Under the pieces are notes generated by a model that worked only from the letters and a program-made list of their open reading frames with translations, did no database searches and had not been told where the DNA came from. Below, piece by piece: positions 11,411 through 28,764 of a DNA stretch of 64,000 bases. Each line of letters opens with the position of its first letter. Positions within the stretch are counted from its first letter, which is position 1. The position numbers were made by a program, and so were the translations under genes. This DNA is from the human T2T-CHM13v2.0 reference genome, Homo sapiens: assembly GCF_009914755.1 (NCBI RefSeq), contig NC_060926.1; one strand, written 5' to 3'.

Positions 11411-14069
11411 GTTTCACTTGATTACGTGCCTCTCTCACCGTGTTTATACCTCTGTTCTCTGTCTCTATATCACAAAACTCCAGGGTACAGTCTGACCAAG
11501 CTAGAGTCTCCTCTAAGGATAGGCATTGAGGAGTGAAGCCAAGAAGAAAAAGAAATCTCTTCATGCAGTAGAGAGGAGAATAGAGAAGACTAGTTGACCT
11601 TGCATTTTTTAAACCCATAGTATTTTGAAGTTGCAGCTTAAGACTATACCTCTTTCTCTGTTCCTGGCTCTCTCTCTCTCTGGGGAAAAAATCCCCAATG
11701 CCAATGTTTTTGAGCTTCCTAGTTCATGTACCCTCCATTTAATTCCCCAGAATTGCAAGCCCATGAAACCCTTCTAAATAGAAAACTGGCAAGCAAAGAG
11801 TATCTCATCAAAAACTAACCGACAACAATAACAAACTTCTGTAACTGAACATCACGATTTGTGTCGTTTAATAGAGGAAAGACAATAGATTCAGGATAAT
11901 TGGCATCCAAACATTAGTGTGGGTGTTGGAGGGGAGAGGTGAGCAAGTTTTTATTTCAAAGGACAAGAGTTCTTGAATCAGCCCTCTGTATTGGAAGGAG
12001 GGATCCTGTGTGAAGTCGTGGAGACTATTTGGTTTCCCTTTAGTTAAAGTCTGTTTGAGAGTAAGGAGATATGCAGAAATGGCACTTCAGCTTAGCAGGA
12101 AGGCATATGCATGTCTCCCTGACACTATATTTCTTCAGATCATTTATGTTGGCTATCAGCGTGTTAAGTTCTTGATCTTATTTAGCACTACGGGGTGTCA
12201 TACACAGGAGACTGCCTTGGGTCCTACTTCTTCCACTAACTCATTCTCTGAGTATGCCATTCCCTCTGCTTTTCTACCTCCCCAGAAAAAGAAAATGAAT
12301 TAATTCAAATTTACTCCAAGCGTAATAAATATTACAAAATTCCTACTTGAAAGCAGATTCTGGTTGGGGAAAGGAATCAGGACAAGCCTTTGTAAGTCAG
12401 GGAAAGGGAAATTTGCCCTCATTGCACAATGTTTCCTATAACCTATTTTTACCTTTGACACAACTTTATCTACTGCATGTTTATACCTTAGATAAAATCT
12501 GAGTTCTGGTTATTATAGTTCAGATAAAGTTAAAGCCTGGAAATTCCCAAAGGTCGCAAGATGGTAGATGGGTTTTATTGCTGTGGTATTCACTGAATCA
12601 CAGAGCCCTACTATGTTATTAGAACACGAATCCCCTAAATTAGTCATAGAATTTCTTTCAGCCCCAATTTCATTCCTTCTCCCTGAAATTCAGTCTTTGG
12701 GTTCTACTGCCCCCACCCCCACCTCAGTATATATAGGTCTGCACTGGTGATAGATTTCACCATTGTCCTATCTATTTTTTCTCTCAGTTTCCATAGTGAT
12801 CTCTGGTTACTCCCAACACTAACATGCTGGTTACCAACCATATTAACTGGATTTTTGCCATGTTTGAAGGGATAAGGGATTAGGAGTGAAGGAAAGCCCA
12901 ATAAATAATATAACAATGGCAAACACTATGATGGATCTTTTTATCTAGACGCCACTACTCTCTGGCTGTTTCACTTGAGGGAGTATTTTGCCCCTTTGAT
13001 GGGGTATTTTGCCCCCAATTCTTCCCCCTGTTTGGGAAATTAGCTTTGATAATATTTTCTGATTTATAAGATAACATTCTATATACCTAGTTCCCCTAAC
13101 ATTTTACTGGTAGTAGAGGAATCTTGATGTACCCACGTGGTTTTTTTTTTTATGTCCTCTATAACATTGTGTCTAGGAACCAATTTTCCAACTTTTCCAA
13201 AAATGTAAAAGATAGATTCTGGTTTCAGAGGGCAGTTGAGTTCTTGAGAATGTTTTAAAGCTATTTTTCAGTCTCTGGCACTGTTTTATAATTGGAATTC
13301 TGCCTTCAAAATATAGACTGTAGACTAGCATTTCATATTATTTTTAATCATCTAGCCTCTATCAATGTTGCTAAGTTGAATCTTGCAAAATCATTGGCTT
13401 GACATTTCAACATCAACATAGGATTGTTATTATTCTCAGTACTCCTTATCCAGGCAAGGAGTAGGAGGTTTAGTTAGCATAATCTAAATATAAAGTACCT
13501 TTTCTGCAATTGCATAATCTTAATCTCAAATGAAACTAAAGTTCCACAATTTTATTTAATACCTAATATGTACCAAGGGCATGAGCTACATAACATGGAG
13601 TGCTTGCAGATAGAATTTTGACTTTTTAAGACAATATTCTACAGAATGGCTTATTCCTTGGCCAATTTGGATAACAAAAGCCTTACCGCAATAATTAGGT
13701 AGGGTCAAGCTATTCACATTTTTGCTTTTAACAATATGTGTGTCTTGTTTATTGGCAACCTGAAGTTGTGTTCCTAATAAAATACAATGTAAGTATTTCT
13801 GATCTGTACAGTTTATTATAAAAATGATATAAATATCTATTTATACTGAAATCTCCAATTCATGTACAATAGGATGTCTTCCAGTATATAGTCACAAAGA
13901 ATTTACTAAAAAAGTTTAATTATGTTGATCAAATAATAATCATCATTGCTGATCCAACTGGATTCCTCTCTTTTCAGTATGAAAATTGGGGGAAGCTTTT
14001 TAATGTACACTGTGTTACTCTTGCACCATATTGGCATTTGCTGAAACCAATTCAGGAGAGCATACATTT

Positions 14070-14570
14070 TTTAGACAATATTTATTCCATGCCTTCTATA
14101 TGCTAGGGCTGGGACAGGCTCTGGTAAAACATAAGTGAATAAGAGAAATAGGTCTCTATCTGAATGGAGCCTATACTCCAACAGAAAAGGGAAGGAGTAG
14201 TTGAATTATGAATAGGTTTATTCTGCTAGTGTGGCCTCTAAGCTTCATTCGAAGTCAAGTAGAAGGAGATAGGAATGAACACAATTAATTATGAGATAAT
14301 TGTTGTATTCTGAGTTATAATCTTACAAGTGCGTAAACAAACTATTAGCCAATAAGATATAAAAAAAAAATCCCAATTAAGCAGAATGGGATTGACTTAT
14401 AATAGAGGTGACAATTTAACTGGCCCTTTTAGGATAGATGAATTTCAACACAGAATGTCAGTCACAGAGTAGATTCTTAAAAAATTTGTGTTGATTAAAA
14501 TAGGGCAATTATTCTAGAAGAGAAAGCTACAAACACAAAGAGTTAAGATGAGAATATACAGCCTGCATTT
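14070..14570 (-). mobile_element. L2 fragments
   Basis: aatatttattccatgccttctatatgctagg...gtgaataag...ggagcctatactcc. Confidence 0.55.
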
Positions 14571-15349
14571 GAATAAATAAATAATTTTGTTTTGCTTTAA
14601 GTGTCCCTCATGATACCCAATGACAGTTGATAAGGAAGAATTTTGAGGAGAAAAATAAGATCAAGGCATTGAAATAAAATATGTTTAATTATAACAAAGG
14701 CCATATCTTAACCACAGAGATTAGAAAAAGCGTCCTTTATAATTTAAGGCTACACAAATTTAAATACTCGGCTTCCAAAGAGTATGGATCAGCTCACCTG
14801 TATTTTACTCATGTAATTTGGATTAATGCTAAATTAAGTAATTATTTTCACTGCCAATGACTTTGATGAAACCCAAGATCTAATTTCAGCAATAAGTGAT
14901 AGGATGAATTATTAAAAGGAACCTCATACCTTTTTATACTTCCATAAAATCAATTCTAAACACATTTAGAAGGAATAAGTTTAGAAACTAATTTATGGTT
15001 ATTTGCCTATCTCTGCTGCACTAATGGTATCAAGTGAGAAAAAAATAAATTATTTATTCAAAGAGGTCAGCCATAAGATAGGGGATTCCTTAGGCTTATA
15101 ACAAAGTATCCATGTCTTTACTCTGCCCTCCAAATCATAAACATTTTGGTCCTCAGAAGGGAAATCATCACTAACTTGAAGATAGGAGAGTTTCACTCTC
15201 AGATGCTAAACTTACTGTACAATTACTGAAGAGGTGCTTCCATGTGCACCATATTATTCTTGCCCCACATTAGAAGAGGAGGGCTAATTCCTCCACACAA
15301 AAAAAAAATCTCCCTCCTTGAAAGTGGGTGGGTGTCTTGTGAATTTAAA

Positions 15350-15560
15350 TAAATATTTCTATAGTTAACAATGATGTAATGTATATCTCAAAGTAGATAG
15401 AAGACATGAATTGTTTCCAACACATAGAAACAATAAATACACAAAGTGATGGATACCTCAAATACCCTGATTTGATTGTTATACATTCAGTGCACATAAT
15501 AAAATATTAAGTGTCCAATAAAGATGTAAAATATGATGTATCAATTTATTGAAAGAAAGA
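15350..15560 (+). mobile_element. L1MA (MA4/5-like) 3' end fragment
   Basis: tatagttaacaat...tgtttccaacacatagaaa...gtgatggatacctcaaataccctgatttgat. Confidence 0.75.
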
Positions 15561-15599
15561 AGTATCAAAATAAGAGTAAATCTTAGAATGTCTGTAGTA

Positions 15600-15785
15600 C
15601 TGTGTGGTCCACAACACTTTTACACTGCTTTTCTTTTTTAATCTGCACAACATTATACTCTAGAGAATACTGAGACTTGAATGATTAAATAATATTCTTA
15701 AAGTTACAAAACCTAAAAACAGCAGAGGTCAGACTTAATCTTGGGTCTCCTGAAAGTAAGCCTACCCTTCTATAAACTCTACAGT
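15600..15785 (-). mobile_element. MIR fragment
   Basis: actgagacttgaatgattaaataat...aagttaca...gcagaggtcagactt. Confidence 0.5.
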
Positions 15786-16061
15786 TTCATGTCATCTAAT
15801 TCTCTTAGCATCAGCTTTCTACCACCACTTTGGGGCATGAAACACAAGCCCAATGTTACCAAAGAACTGAGCAATATTTGAGGAGAGAGATGTTGAGATG
15901 CGTAACATGTATCACCTAGATTTTGAAGACTACTGCATATTCTTCATTGAAAGAGTCTGGATATGAGAACTGCCTAGAACTGCTCTGACAGTAGGATGAA
16001 TAGAGACAACTGCAGCAGGGGCACTGCACTTAGTCTCACAATCTGATATTAATAGATGTTA

Positions 16062-18249
16062 ACCACTGACGCTATAAAGCAACCACACAAACAAGCCAAC
16101 ATAATAACCAACTAACAATGAAATGACAGGATAAAATCCACACATATCAATACTAAGCTTGAATGTAAATCAATACTAAGCTTGAATGTAAATGGGCTAA
16201 ATGCTCTACTTAAAAGGCACAGAGTGGCAAGCTGGATAAATAAGCAAGACCCAGTGGTATGCCATTTTCAAGAGACCCATTTCACAATGACAGCCATAGG
16301 CTCAAAAAAAGATATGTGTGTCCCGGGGGTGGATAGAGGAAAATCTACCAAGCAAATAGAAAACAAAAATGCAGGGATGGCAATTATAATTTTAGACAGA
16401 ATAGACTCTAAAACAACAAAGATTTAAGAAGAAAAAGAAGGGCATTATGTAATGGCAAAGGATACAATTCAACAATAAGTCCTAACTATCCTAAATATAT
16501 ATACACCCAACACAGAAGCACCCATATTCATAAAGCAAGATATTACAGACCTACAAAGAGACATAGAGTCCCACACAATAATTAATAGTAGGGGACTTCA
16601 ACAATCCACTGACAGTATTAGACAGATCATTGAGGCAGAAAATTAACAAGGATATTCAGGACCTGAACTCTACATTGGACCAAATGGATCTGATAGACCT
16701 CTATACAACTCTCCACTCCAAAACAACAGAATATAGATTATTCTCATTGCCACAAGACACATAGTCTAAAATTGACCACATAATTGGACATGAAATAATC
16801 CTCAGCAAATGCAAAAGAACTGAAACCATACCAAACACATTCTTGGACAACAGTGGAATAAAAATAGAAGTAAAAACTAAGAAAATTGCTCAAAACCATG
16901 CAATTTCATGGAAATTAAACAACATGCTCCTGAATGACTTTTGGGTAAATAATGAAATTAAGGCAGAAACCAAGATGTTCTTTGAAACCAATGAGAACAA
17001 ATATACAACATACCAGAATCTTGGACAAAGCTAAGGCAGTGTTAACAGGGAACTTCATAGCACTAAATGCCCACATCAAAAAGTTAGAAAGATCTCAAGT
17101 TAACAGCCTAACATCACAACTGAAAGAATAAGAGAAGCAAGAATAAATCAACCCCAAAGCTAGCAGAAGACATAAAATAACCAAAATCTGAGCTGAACTG
17201 AGGGAAATTGAGACATGAAAAGCCATTCAAAAGATCAATTAATCTAGGAGGTTTTTTAAATAAGATAGAGAGGCCACTAGCTAGACTAACAAAGATAAAA
17301 TGGGAGCAGATCCAAATAAACACAATTAGAAATAATGAAGGGAATATTACCATTGACCCCACAGAAATAAAAATAACCATTCAAAACTACTATGAACACT
17401 TCTATGCATACAAACTAGAAAACCTAGAAGAGATAGATAAATACCTGGACACATACACCCTCCCAAGACTGAACCAAGAAGAAATTGATTTCCTGAACAG
17501 ACCAATAAGGAGCTTTGAAATTGAATCAGTAATAAATATCCTACCAATCAAAAACAAACAAACAAACAAAAGTACAGGACCTGATAGATTCACAGCTGAA
17601 TTCTACCAGATGTATAAAGAAGAGCTGGGACCATTCTTATAGAAACTATTGCCAAAAATTGAGGAGGACAGACTTCTCTTCAATTCACTGTATGAGATCA
17701 GCATCATCCTGATATCAAAACCTGGCAGAGACACAACAACAACAACAAAACTTCAGGCCAATATCCTTGATGAACATTGATGCAAAAGTCCTCAACAAAG
17801 TACTTGCAGACTAAATCCAGCAGGATGTCAAAAAGCTAATCCAACATAAGCAAGTAGGCTATATCCCTGGGATGCAAGGTTGGTTGAACATATGCAAATC
17901 GATAAATGTGATTCATCACATAAACAGAACTGAAGACAAAAACCATATGATTATCTCAATTGACACAGAAATGCTTTTAATAAAATTCAACACTCCTTCA
18001 TGTTAAAAATCCTCAATAAAATAGGCATTGAAGGAACATACTTAAAATAATAAGAGCCATCTATGACAAGCCCATAGTCAATATTATACTGCATGGGCAA
18101 AAGATGGAAGCATTTCCATTGAAAATGGGTGGAAGACAAGAATGTCCTCACTCACCACTTCTATTCAATGTAGTATTGCAAGTCCTAGCCAAAGCAATCA
18201 GGCAAGAGAAAGAAATAAAGGGCACCCAAATAGGAAGAGAGGTAGTCTA

Positions 18250-18294
<45 letters not shown>

Positions 18295-20190
18295 CTCCCC
18301 ATAGTATAAATCCAGAAGCTCCTTCAGCTGATAAACAACTTCAGCAAAGTTTCAGGATACAAAATCAATGTACAAAAGAGACTAGCATTTTTATACAACA
18401 AAAACTGCCAAAACAAGAGCCAAATCATAAAGACAATTCCATTTGCAATTGCCACAAAAAGAACAAAATACCATTATACAGCTAATCAGAGAGGTAAATG
18501 ATCTCTACAATTAGAATTACAAAACACTGCTCAAAGAAATCAGAGAATACATAAACAAATGGAAAAAAATCCCATGTTCATGGATAGGAAGAATCAATAT
18601 TCTTAAAATGGCCATATTGCCCAAGCAACAAAGCAATTTACAGATGTAATGCTATTCCTTTCAAACTACCAATGACATTCTTCACAAAACCAGAAAAAAA
18701 TTATTTTAAAGTACATATGGAACCAATAAAGGAACTGAATAGCCAAGGCGATCCTAAGCAAAAAGAACAAATCTGGAGACATCACGTTACCCGACTTTGA
18801 ACTATAGTACTGGGCTACAGTAACCAAAACAGTGTGGTCCTGGTACACAAATAGACACATAGACCAATGGAACAGAATAGAAAGCCCAGAAATAAGGCTG
18901 CACACCTACAACAACCTGATCTTTCACAAGGCTGACAAAAACAAGCAATGAAGAAAAGACTCCTTGTTCAGTAAATGGGGCTGGGATAACTGGCTAGCCA
19001 TAAGCAGAAGACTGAAGCTGGACCCCTTCCTTACAGCATATACAAAAAATCAATTCAAGATTAAAGACTTAAATGTAAAACCTAAAAGTATAAAAACCTT
19101 GGAACACAATCTAGGAGATACTGTCCTGGACATAGGAACAGGAAAAGATTTTATTGACAAAGACACCAAAAGCAATTTGCAATGAAGGCAAAAATTGAAA
19201 AGTGGGATCTAAGAGCTTCTGCACAGCAAAAGAAACTAACAACAGAGGAAACAGACAACGATGGAATGGGGGAACATTTTTGCAAACTATGTATCTGACA
19301 AAGGCCTTATATCCAACATCTATAAGGAACTGAAACAAATTTACAAGGAAAAAAACATTAAAAAGTGGGAAAATGACATGAACAGACACTTCTGTAAAGA
19401 AGACATACATGCAGTAAACAAACATAAAAGAGATCAATATCACTGATCATTAGAGAAATGCAAATCAAAGCCACAATGAGATCTATCTCACATGATTAAG
19501 AATGGCTTTTATTAAAATGTCAAAAAATAACAGATGCTGGCAAGGTTCCAAAGAAAACACTTACACGCTGTTGGTGGGAGTGTAAATTAGTTCAGCCATT
19601 GTGGAAAGCAGTGTGGAAATTCCTCAAAAAGCTAAAAGCAGAACTATTTGAGCAATCACATTTCTGGTTATATACTCAGAGGAATATAAATCATTCTACT
19701 ATAAAGACACATAAACATGAATGTTCATTGCAGCACTATTCACAATAGCAAAGACGTGGAATCAACACTAATGCTCATTAGTGACAGACTGGGTAAAGAA
19801 AATGTGCTATATATACACCATAGACTACTACACAGCCATAAAAATGAATGAGATCACGTCTTTTTGCAGGGAGGTGATAAAGCTGAAGCTATTATCCTCA
19901 GCAAAATAATTCAGTATCAGAAAAAACAAATACTGCATGTTCTCACTTATAAGTGGGAGCTAAATTATGAGAAATTATGAGCACAAAGACAGAAACAACA
20001 GACAGCAGGGAGTACTTGAGGGTGGAGGGTGGGAGGAGGAAAAGGAGCAGAAAAAGTAACTATTGGGTAGTGAGCTCAATTCCTGAGTGATGAAATAATG
20101 TATACAACGAACCCTTGTGACATGAGTTTACCTATATAACAAAACTTCCCATGTATCCCTGAACCTAAAATAGAAGAAGTTATAAAAAAA
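16062..20190 (+). mobile_element. 5'-truncated L1 (L1PA13-15/L1PREC2-like): inter-ORF, disrupted ORF2, 3' UTR, A tail
   Basis: ORF fragments NVNGLNALLKRHRVASWI (EN), [39 protein letters not shown] (RT); many stops and frameshifts. Confidence 0.92.
18252..18292. repeat. (TG)20 microsatellite inside the L1 RT domain
   Basis: Direct read. Confidence 0.95.
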
Positions 20191-20231
20191 ACTTTTTAGA
20201 ACTAATTTAAACAAAAATGGGATCTTTAGAA

Positions 20232-20241
20232 TGTGTATGTG

Positions 20242-20277
<36 letters not shown>

Positions 20278-20288
20278 CACACACACAT
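20232..20288. repeat. (TG)n followed by (CA)n microsatellite
   Basis: Direct read. Confidence 0.9.
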
Positions 20289-21087
20289 TCCATCCTTATC
20301 CATTACCCACTGCTTGGAGCCTAGTGAGGTACACTGGAAACCTTCCTGGACTTGGATATTGGAGACTCATATTTTAGACTTAACTCTACCACTACTACAT
20401 GAACTTGGGCAAGTTCATGTCTGTTGGGCAAGTTCATGTCTGTGTGTTACATATTTGTCATCTTTAATAGAAGTGTTCTGTACTTTATATATATATATAT
20501 GTAAGCAAATTTTGAATTTCTGTACATTACTCTGTTGTCAAATATTGCCTTTAAGGAATCATTTTATCCAAATTTTACTTACTAAAACGAAAATATGTTA
20601 TAGTTATTTATTTTTTATTCCTAATGTATTGAGTAGTATATGCTTAGCCCTGTCCCAGATACTTTTGGGAAATAGAGCAGACAGACCACGCCATTCCATA
20701 GCTTACAATTCATACATTTACACATTACCCTTTTTGTCCCCTGAGGAAAGCAAAATATATGACCCACTAATCTGTACAGCTAATGGTTCTATTCTCTCAA
20801 ATAAATGGGAGAACTAAAATTTTTAGAAATTGAATCACACAAAAACAAAGAGTTGTAAATCTTTGTTTCCTTCATCTAAAGTGAGGGTTTATGCTATTTA
20901 ATATACTACACTCTTTCTTTATTGAATATCTAAACCAGGTGTGGATGTGGATTATCTACTTAATAGCATATCCAAAGGCTTTTTTATTCTTTTTCTCCTT
21001 CAAAAAAGCCCACACTTTCCTTATTTTAGACAAATATGTCCCAAAATCTCAAATTAAATAGAACTTCCATTTGAAAAGCACCCTTTA

Positions 21088-21350
21088 GTTAGCCCAGTGT
21101 GTTGGCCTGTACCTGTAGTCCTATTTACTCAGGAGAGTTAGCTGGGTGGGAGCATCACCTGAGCCCTGGGAGGTCAAGACTGAAATGGGCAGCTTGGGTG
21201 ACAGAGTGGGACCTTGTCTCAAAAAACAATAAAAGAAACGAAACAGAAGAAAGAACAGGAAAGGAGAGGAAGAGGGAGCAGGAGAGGGGGAGGATGGGGA
21301 GGGGAAGGGGAAGTAGAAGAGGAAAGGGAAGGAGAAGCAAAGGAGAAAAA
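21088..21350 (+). mobile_element. Alu right monomer (FRAM/AluJ-like) with purine-rich expanded tail
   Basis: ttagcccagtgtgttggcctgtacctgtagtcc...gacagagtgggaccttgtctcaaaaaa followed by a GA-rich tract. Confidence 0.75.
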
Positions 21351-21789
21351 CACTGTTTGTGCTCCCTAACCACGCACATTTGTTTAACAAACATTCTAAC
21401 ATTTTACCTAAAGGGACAGGATCACACTTGGGTATTTATTTAGTCAGGATCCAACACATCCTAGGCTGCCTACACAGTGAGTGGCAGGAACACTGGAGAG
21501 TGTAAGCTCCAAAAAAGAGAATCTGCTTATGTAAGATATTTGGGGATCAAGGCGTGAATTGGATTTATCTATGGAAAAGTTGAGAGGGTTAGAAATCTTG
21601 CCAAAAACAAGAAAATGCAGAATGATGGTGGAAGGGGTACTTTCTTATACTACTCCCCTCTTTAAAAGCCACTAAATAGGGAAAAAATAAGAGGGATGTA
21701 AATAGAGAGGGTAATAGCATCAAAATGAAACTACAATAAAATTGAAATCACTTCTTGTTACATCTTCTGGATATTTTTCAAAAAGCTAA

Positions 21790-22320
21790 ATAAAATTTGG
21801 GTGAGCATTTATTAAATAAAGTGTGCTCAGTGCTAAAATGCAATGATGAACAGGGAAATCATGGACTCTAAATTCACTTGGTTTATTTTGAAGCACTAAA
21901 TTTATAAACCAATAAATAAATTGGACCTAATGCCATAATAGTTACAAATTTCATAAGAAGACAAACAAAGGGTTGAGTTAGAAATAGAATGGTTTTAAGG
22001 AACAGGGATTACTCTGAATAAACTACTCCAGGAAATACTAACAGAAGTTGTGAGGCTGGGAGTTGAGCATGAAGATGTAAAAAAGGTTTTGTGTAATGTA
22101 TTTCTGACTTTTTGACTAAAATTCTCAGAATTTTAGAAGAAAAGATGAGAACTGTCAAAAGCAGTAAATTAATGACCATGCTTAGGGAACGAAAGAAAGC
22201 TAGTAAGACTGAAATTTACTCTGAGTAACAGAGTAGTGGTGATTAGATCATGCCAGGCATCTGAATTTATTGAAGGACAATGGAAAACCATTGGTGGGAG
22301 ATGGTTAGAACAAGATGGAA
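21790..22320 (-). mobile_element. L2 fragments
   Basis: tgagcattt...gtgctcagtgctaaaatgcaatgatgaacag; agatcatgccaggc...aatggaaaaccattgg. Confidence 0.5.
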
Positions 22321-22559
22321 ACTAAGCATTCACTTAGTGTGCATGCATACCCTCATACAAATATTTGAAGTGCTATGCCATATTCATATTTCTATAAATT
22401 TTCACCTATGAAACTATAATTCATAGAAACAAATATGCAGGCAAATGTAGCTCAGCCTCTCCCCCATAAATTGAAGACTATATACCAACAGTCATCAAAT
22501 TCTTATTTGAGCAACCAAATCTGGGTAAAATCATTTATTTCACAAATTCAGAATCCCAC

Positions 22560-23499
22560 CAATATCCTATCCTCTTAAGACTAAATTATAGAATAAACTA
22601 TCACCAAGAAACCATAATGAAACACAATAAGAGGAAAAAGAGAAAAAAAAATACTTAATTTTTAGAAATGTATATGATTTACAAACAAGTTAACATATAC
22701 AACTATATATTACACAATTACACATACACATATATAAAGAGAAAGAACAAGCAAGAAAAAAATGTGTGAAGCTTCTACAGTTATCTTCTCCTTAACTGAT
22801 CAGAAAAGATACAGTTATTGTTTCTGTAACTGATTATCTTTTCTGTCAACTTAGTAGACAGTTGTAACTTGCTTCTTTCTCTATCAATTCCATCTACCCT
22901 TTGTTCTCACCCAATTCCTCACCTGATTAGGGTTCTTTGTCCTAAAGGATGTGGAATCACAATGCTCTTGCACTTTTTTTTTTTGGTAACTTTTCATTAA
23001 TTTTGCCATTACATGTAGACATACTAAGACATAAACCAAGAACTCTTTTTTTTCCAACAAAATATTTCTTGCACTAATTAGAAAACAAAAAATGAATTTT
23101 TTTTTTTTTTTTTTTTGAGACAGAGTCTCACTCTGTCACCCAGGCTGGAATGCAGCAGTGCATGATCTCAGCTCACTGCAATCTCTGCATCCTGAGTTCA
23201 AGCGATTCTCCTGCCTCAGCCTCCTGAGTAGCTGGGATTATAGGCAGGTGCCACCATACCCAGTTAATTCAAAAAATCAATTTCTTATTGGTAAAGGAAT
23301 CCATCACCCCAGACAGTTGTTGATTTATTGGTGATATAGAGAGTTTGAAATGGCCAGGTAGCAGTCTTAACTTCCAAAGTAATGGAGCCACTGTTTAGTC
23401 CCTTGTTGAAAGCATTCTCCCTTTGAACTCTAAGACCTACAAATCAGGAAAGTATGAAACTGTAGAATAAAAAAGAAACTTAGCAAATTAAATTACAAG
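22560..23499 (-). mobile_element. ERV-L internal relic, 3' part including dUTPase remnant
   Basis: Minus-strand WKLRLLPGHF (23347-23376) and GVMDS-[frameshift]-YQ*EI resembling dUTPase motif III (about 23278-23312). Confidence 0.7.
23100..23269 (-). mobile_element. 5'-truncated AluS (right arm only)
   Basis: T tail; TSD CAAAAAAT(G/C)AATTT at 23086-23099 and 23270-23283. Confidence 0.9.
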
Positions 23500-24499
23500 A
23501 GCACATACAACAAACCTACAGCCAACATCACACTGAATGGCAAGAATTTGAAAGCCTTCCGTCTGTGAACTGGAACAGCACAAGGATGCCCACTCTAACC
23601 ACTCCTATTCAACACAGCACTGGAAGTCCCAGCCAGAGCAATCAGAATAAATAAATAAATAAATAAATATCCTCTAAATTGAAAAAGAGGAAGTCAAATT
23701 ATTTCTATTTGCTGATGACATAATCTTATATCTAAAAAAACCTAAAGACTCAAAAAAAAAAAAAACTCTTAAATCGGATAAATGGATTCAGCAAAGTTTT
23801 GGGATACAAAATCAGCATGCAAAAATCAGTTCCATTTCTATAAACCAATAATGATCAAGCTGAGAACTAAATTAAGAAGGCAATTCCATTTATAACAACT
23901 ACACAATAAATATCTAGAAATATGTTTAACCAAGCAGGTGAAAGATCCCTACAAGGAAAACTAAAAACAATGATGAAAAAAATTATAGATGACACAAATG
24001 GAAACACACCCCATGCTCATGGATCAGAATTAATATCATTAAAATGACCATACTGCCCAAAGTAATCTACAGATTCAATCCAATCTCTATCAAAATACAT
24101 TATTTTCAACAAATGGTGCTGAGAAATTGGGTTTTTCTGTATCTTACCAGATACAAAAAGCAACTCAAGATGGAATAAAGACTTAGATGTAAGACCTGAA
24201 ACTGTAAAAATGCTAGAAGAAAATGTAGGAAAATCTCTTTGGAACATTGGCCTCGGCAAAGAATTCATGACTAACACCTCAAATGCACAAACAATACAAA
24301 TAAAAATGGACAAATAGCACTTAATTAAACTAAAACAGTTTCTGTACAGCTAAAGAAATAATCAACAGAATGACCAAACTACCCACCCATTGGTGCACAC
24401 TGTTCATCTGACAGGGGACTAATACTGGGAATCTAACATGAACTGAAACTAACAAAATGAACCCATTAAAAACTGGGTGGAGGACATGAATAGACGCTT

Positions 24500-24924
24500 G
24501 CTTGCTTGCTTGCTTTCTCTCTCTCTCTCTTTTTCTTTCTTTCTTTCTTTTTTTGTTTCTTTCTTTCATTCTTCCTTTTTCCCTTCCTTCCTTCCTTCTT
24601 TCCTTCCTTCCTTCTTGCCCTCTCTCTCTCTTCTTCTTTCATTTTTGAGTCAGGGTGTCACTCTGTCATCCAGGCTGAATGCAGTAGCATAATGATGGCT
24701 CACTGCAACCTCGACCTCCTGGGCTCAAGCAATCCTCCTGCCTCAGCCTTCCAAGCAGCTGGGACCACAGGTGCAGTCCATCATGCCCAGCTAATTTTTC
24801 TGATATTTTTGCAGAGATGGGGGTCTCTGTTGCCAAGGCTTCTTTAGAACTCTTGGGCTCAAGCGATCCTCCGATGTTAGCCTCCCAAAGTGTTGGGATT
24901 ACAGGGATGAGACACTGAGCCGGC
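24500..24924 (-). mobile_element. AluJ with tail expanded into (CTTG/CTTT/CCTT)n
   Basis: J-type ctcctgggctcaagc twice; degenerate TSD AATAGACGCTT / AATAAACGTTT. Confidence 0.9.
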
Positions 24925-25370
24925 AATAAACGTTTTTTCAAAAGAAGACATACAAATGACCAACAAGCATGCGAAAAAAAAAAAGTTCAACATTACTAAT
25001 CAGAGAAATGCACATTAAAACCATAATGAGACATCATCTTACACCAGTCAGAACGGCTATTAATAAAATGTCAAAAAATAACAGATATTGGCGACAATGT
25101 GAAGAAAAGGAAACACATACTGCTGATGGGAATATAAATAAGTAGAACTTCTACGGAAAGCAGTGCGAAGATTTCCCAAAGAACTTAAAATAGAACTACC
25201 ATTCAATCCAGCAATCTCACTACTATGTGTCTTTCCAAAGGAAAATAAATATTTATATCAAAACGATAACTGCACTGATATGTTTATCACAACACAATTC
25301 ACAATAGCAAAGACATAGAACCAACCTACGTGTTCGTCAATGGATGACTGGATAAAGAAAAGTTGGTGTA

Positions 25371-28390
<3,020 letters not shown>

Positions 28391-28764
28391 AAAGAAAAGT
28401 TGGTGTATATACACAATAAAATACTATTCAGCCATAAAAAGAATGTAAATTTGTCTTTTGCAGCAACATAGAAAGAACAGAAGGCCATTATCTTAACTGA
28501 AACAACAGAAAGTCAAATTTTCTCACTTATAAATGGGAGCTAAATAATGCATACACATGGACATAGTGTATAGAATGATAGATACTGGAGATTCAAAAAG
28601 TTTTAGGTGGCAGAAGGGGGATGAGTGACGAGAAATTTCTTAATGGATAAAATGCACAATATTCAAATGATGGATCTGCTTAAAGTCAAGGCTTCATCAC
28701 TATGCAATAATCCATGAAACAAAATTGCACTTGTACCCCTTAAATTTATACAAATAAAAAACAA

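Noticed and set aside
20233-20817. Longest ORF (194 aa) as a gene
   Set aside because: Non-ATG start in a TG microsatellite; runs through MIR/L2 remnants; no recognisable domain.
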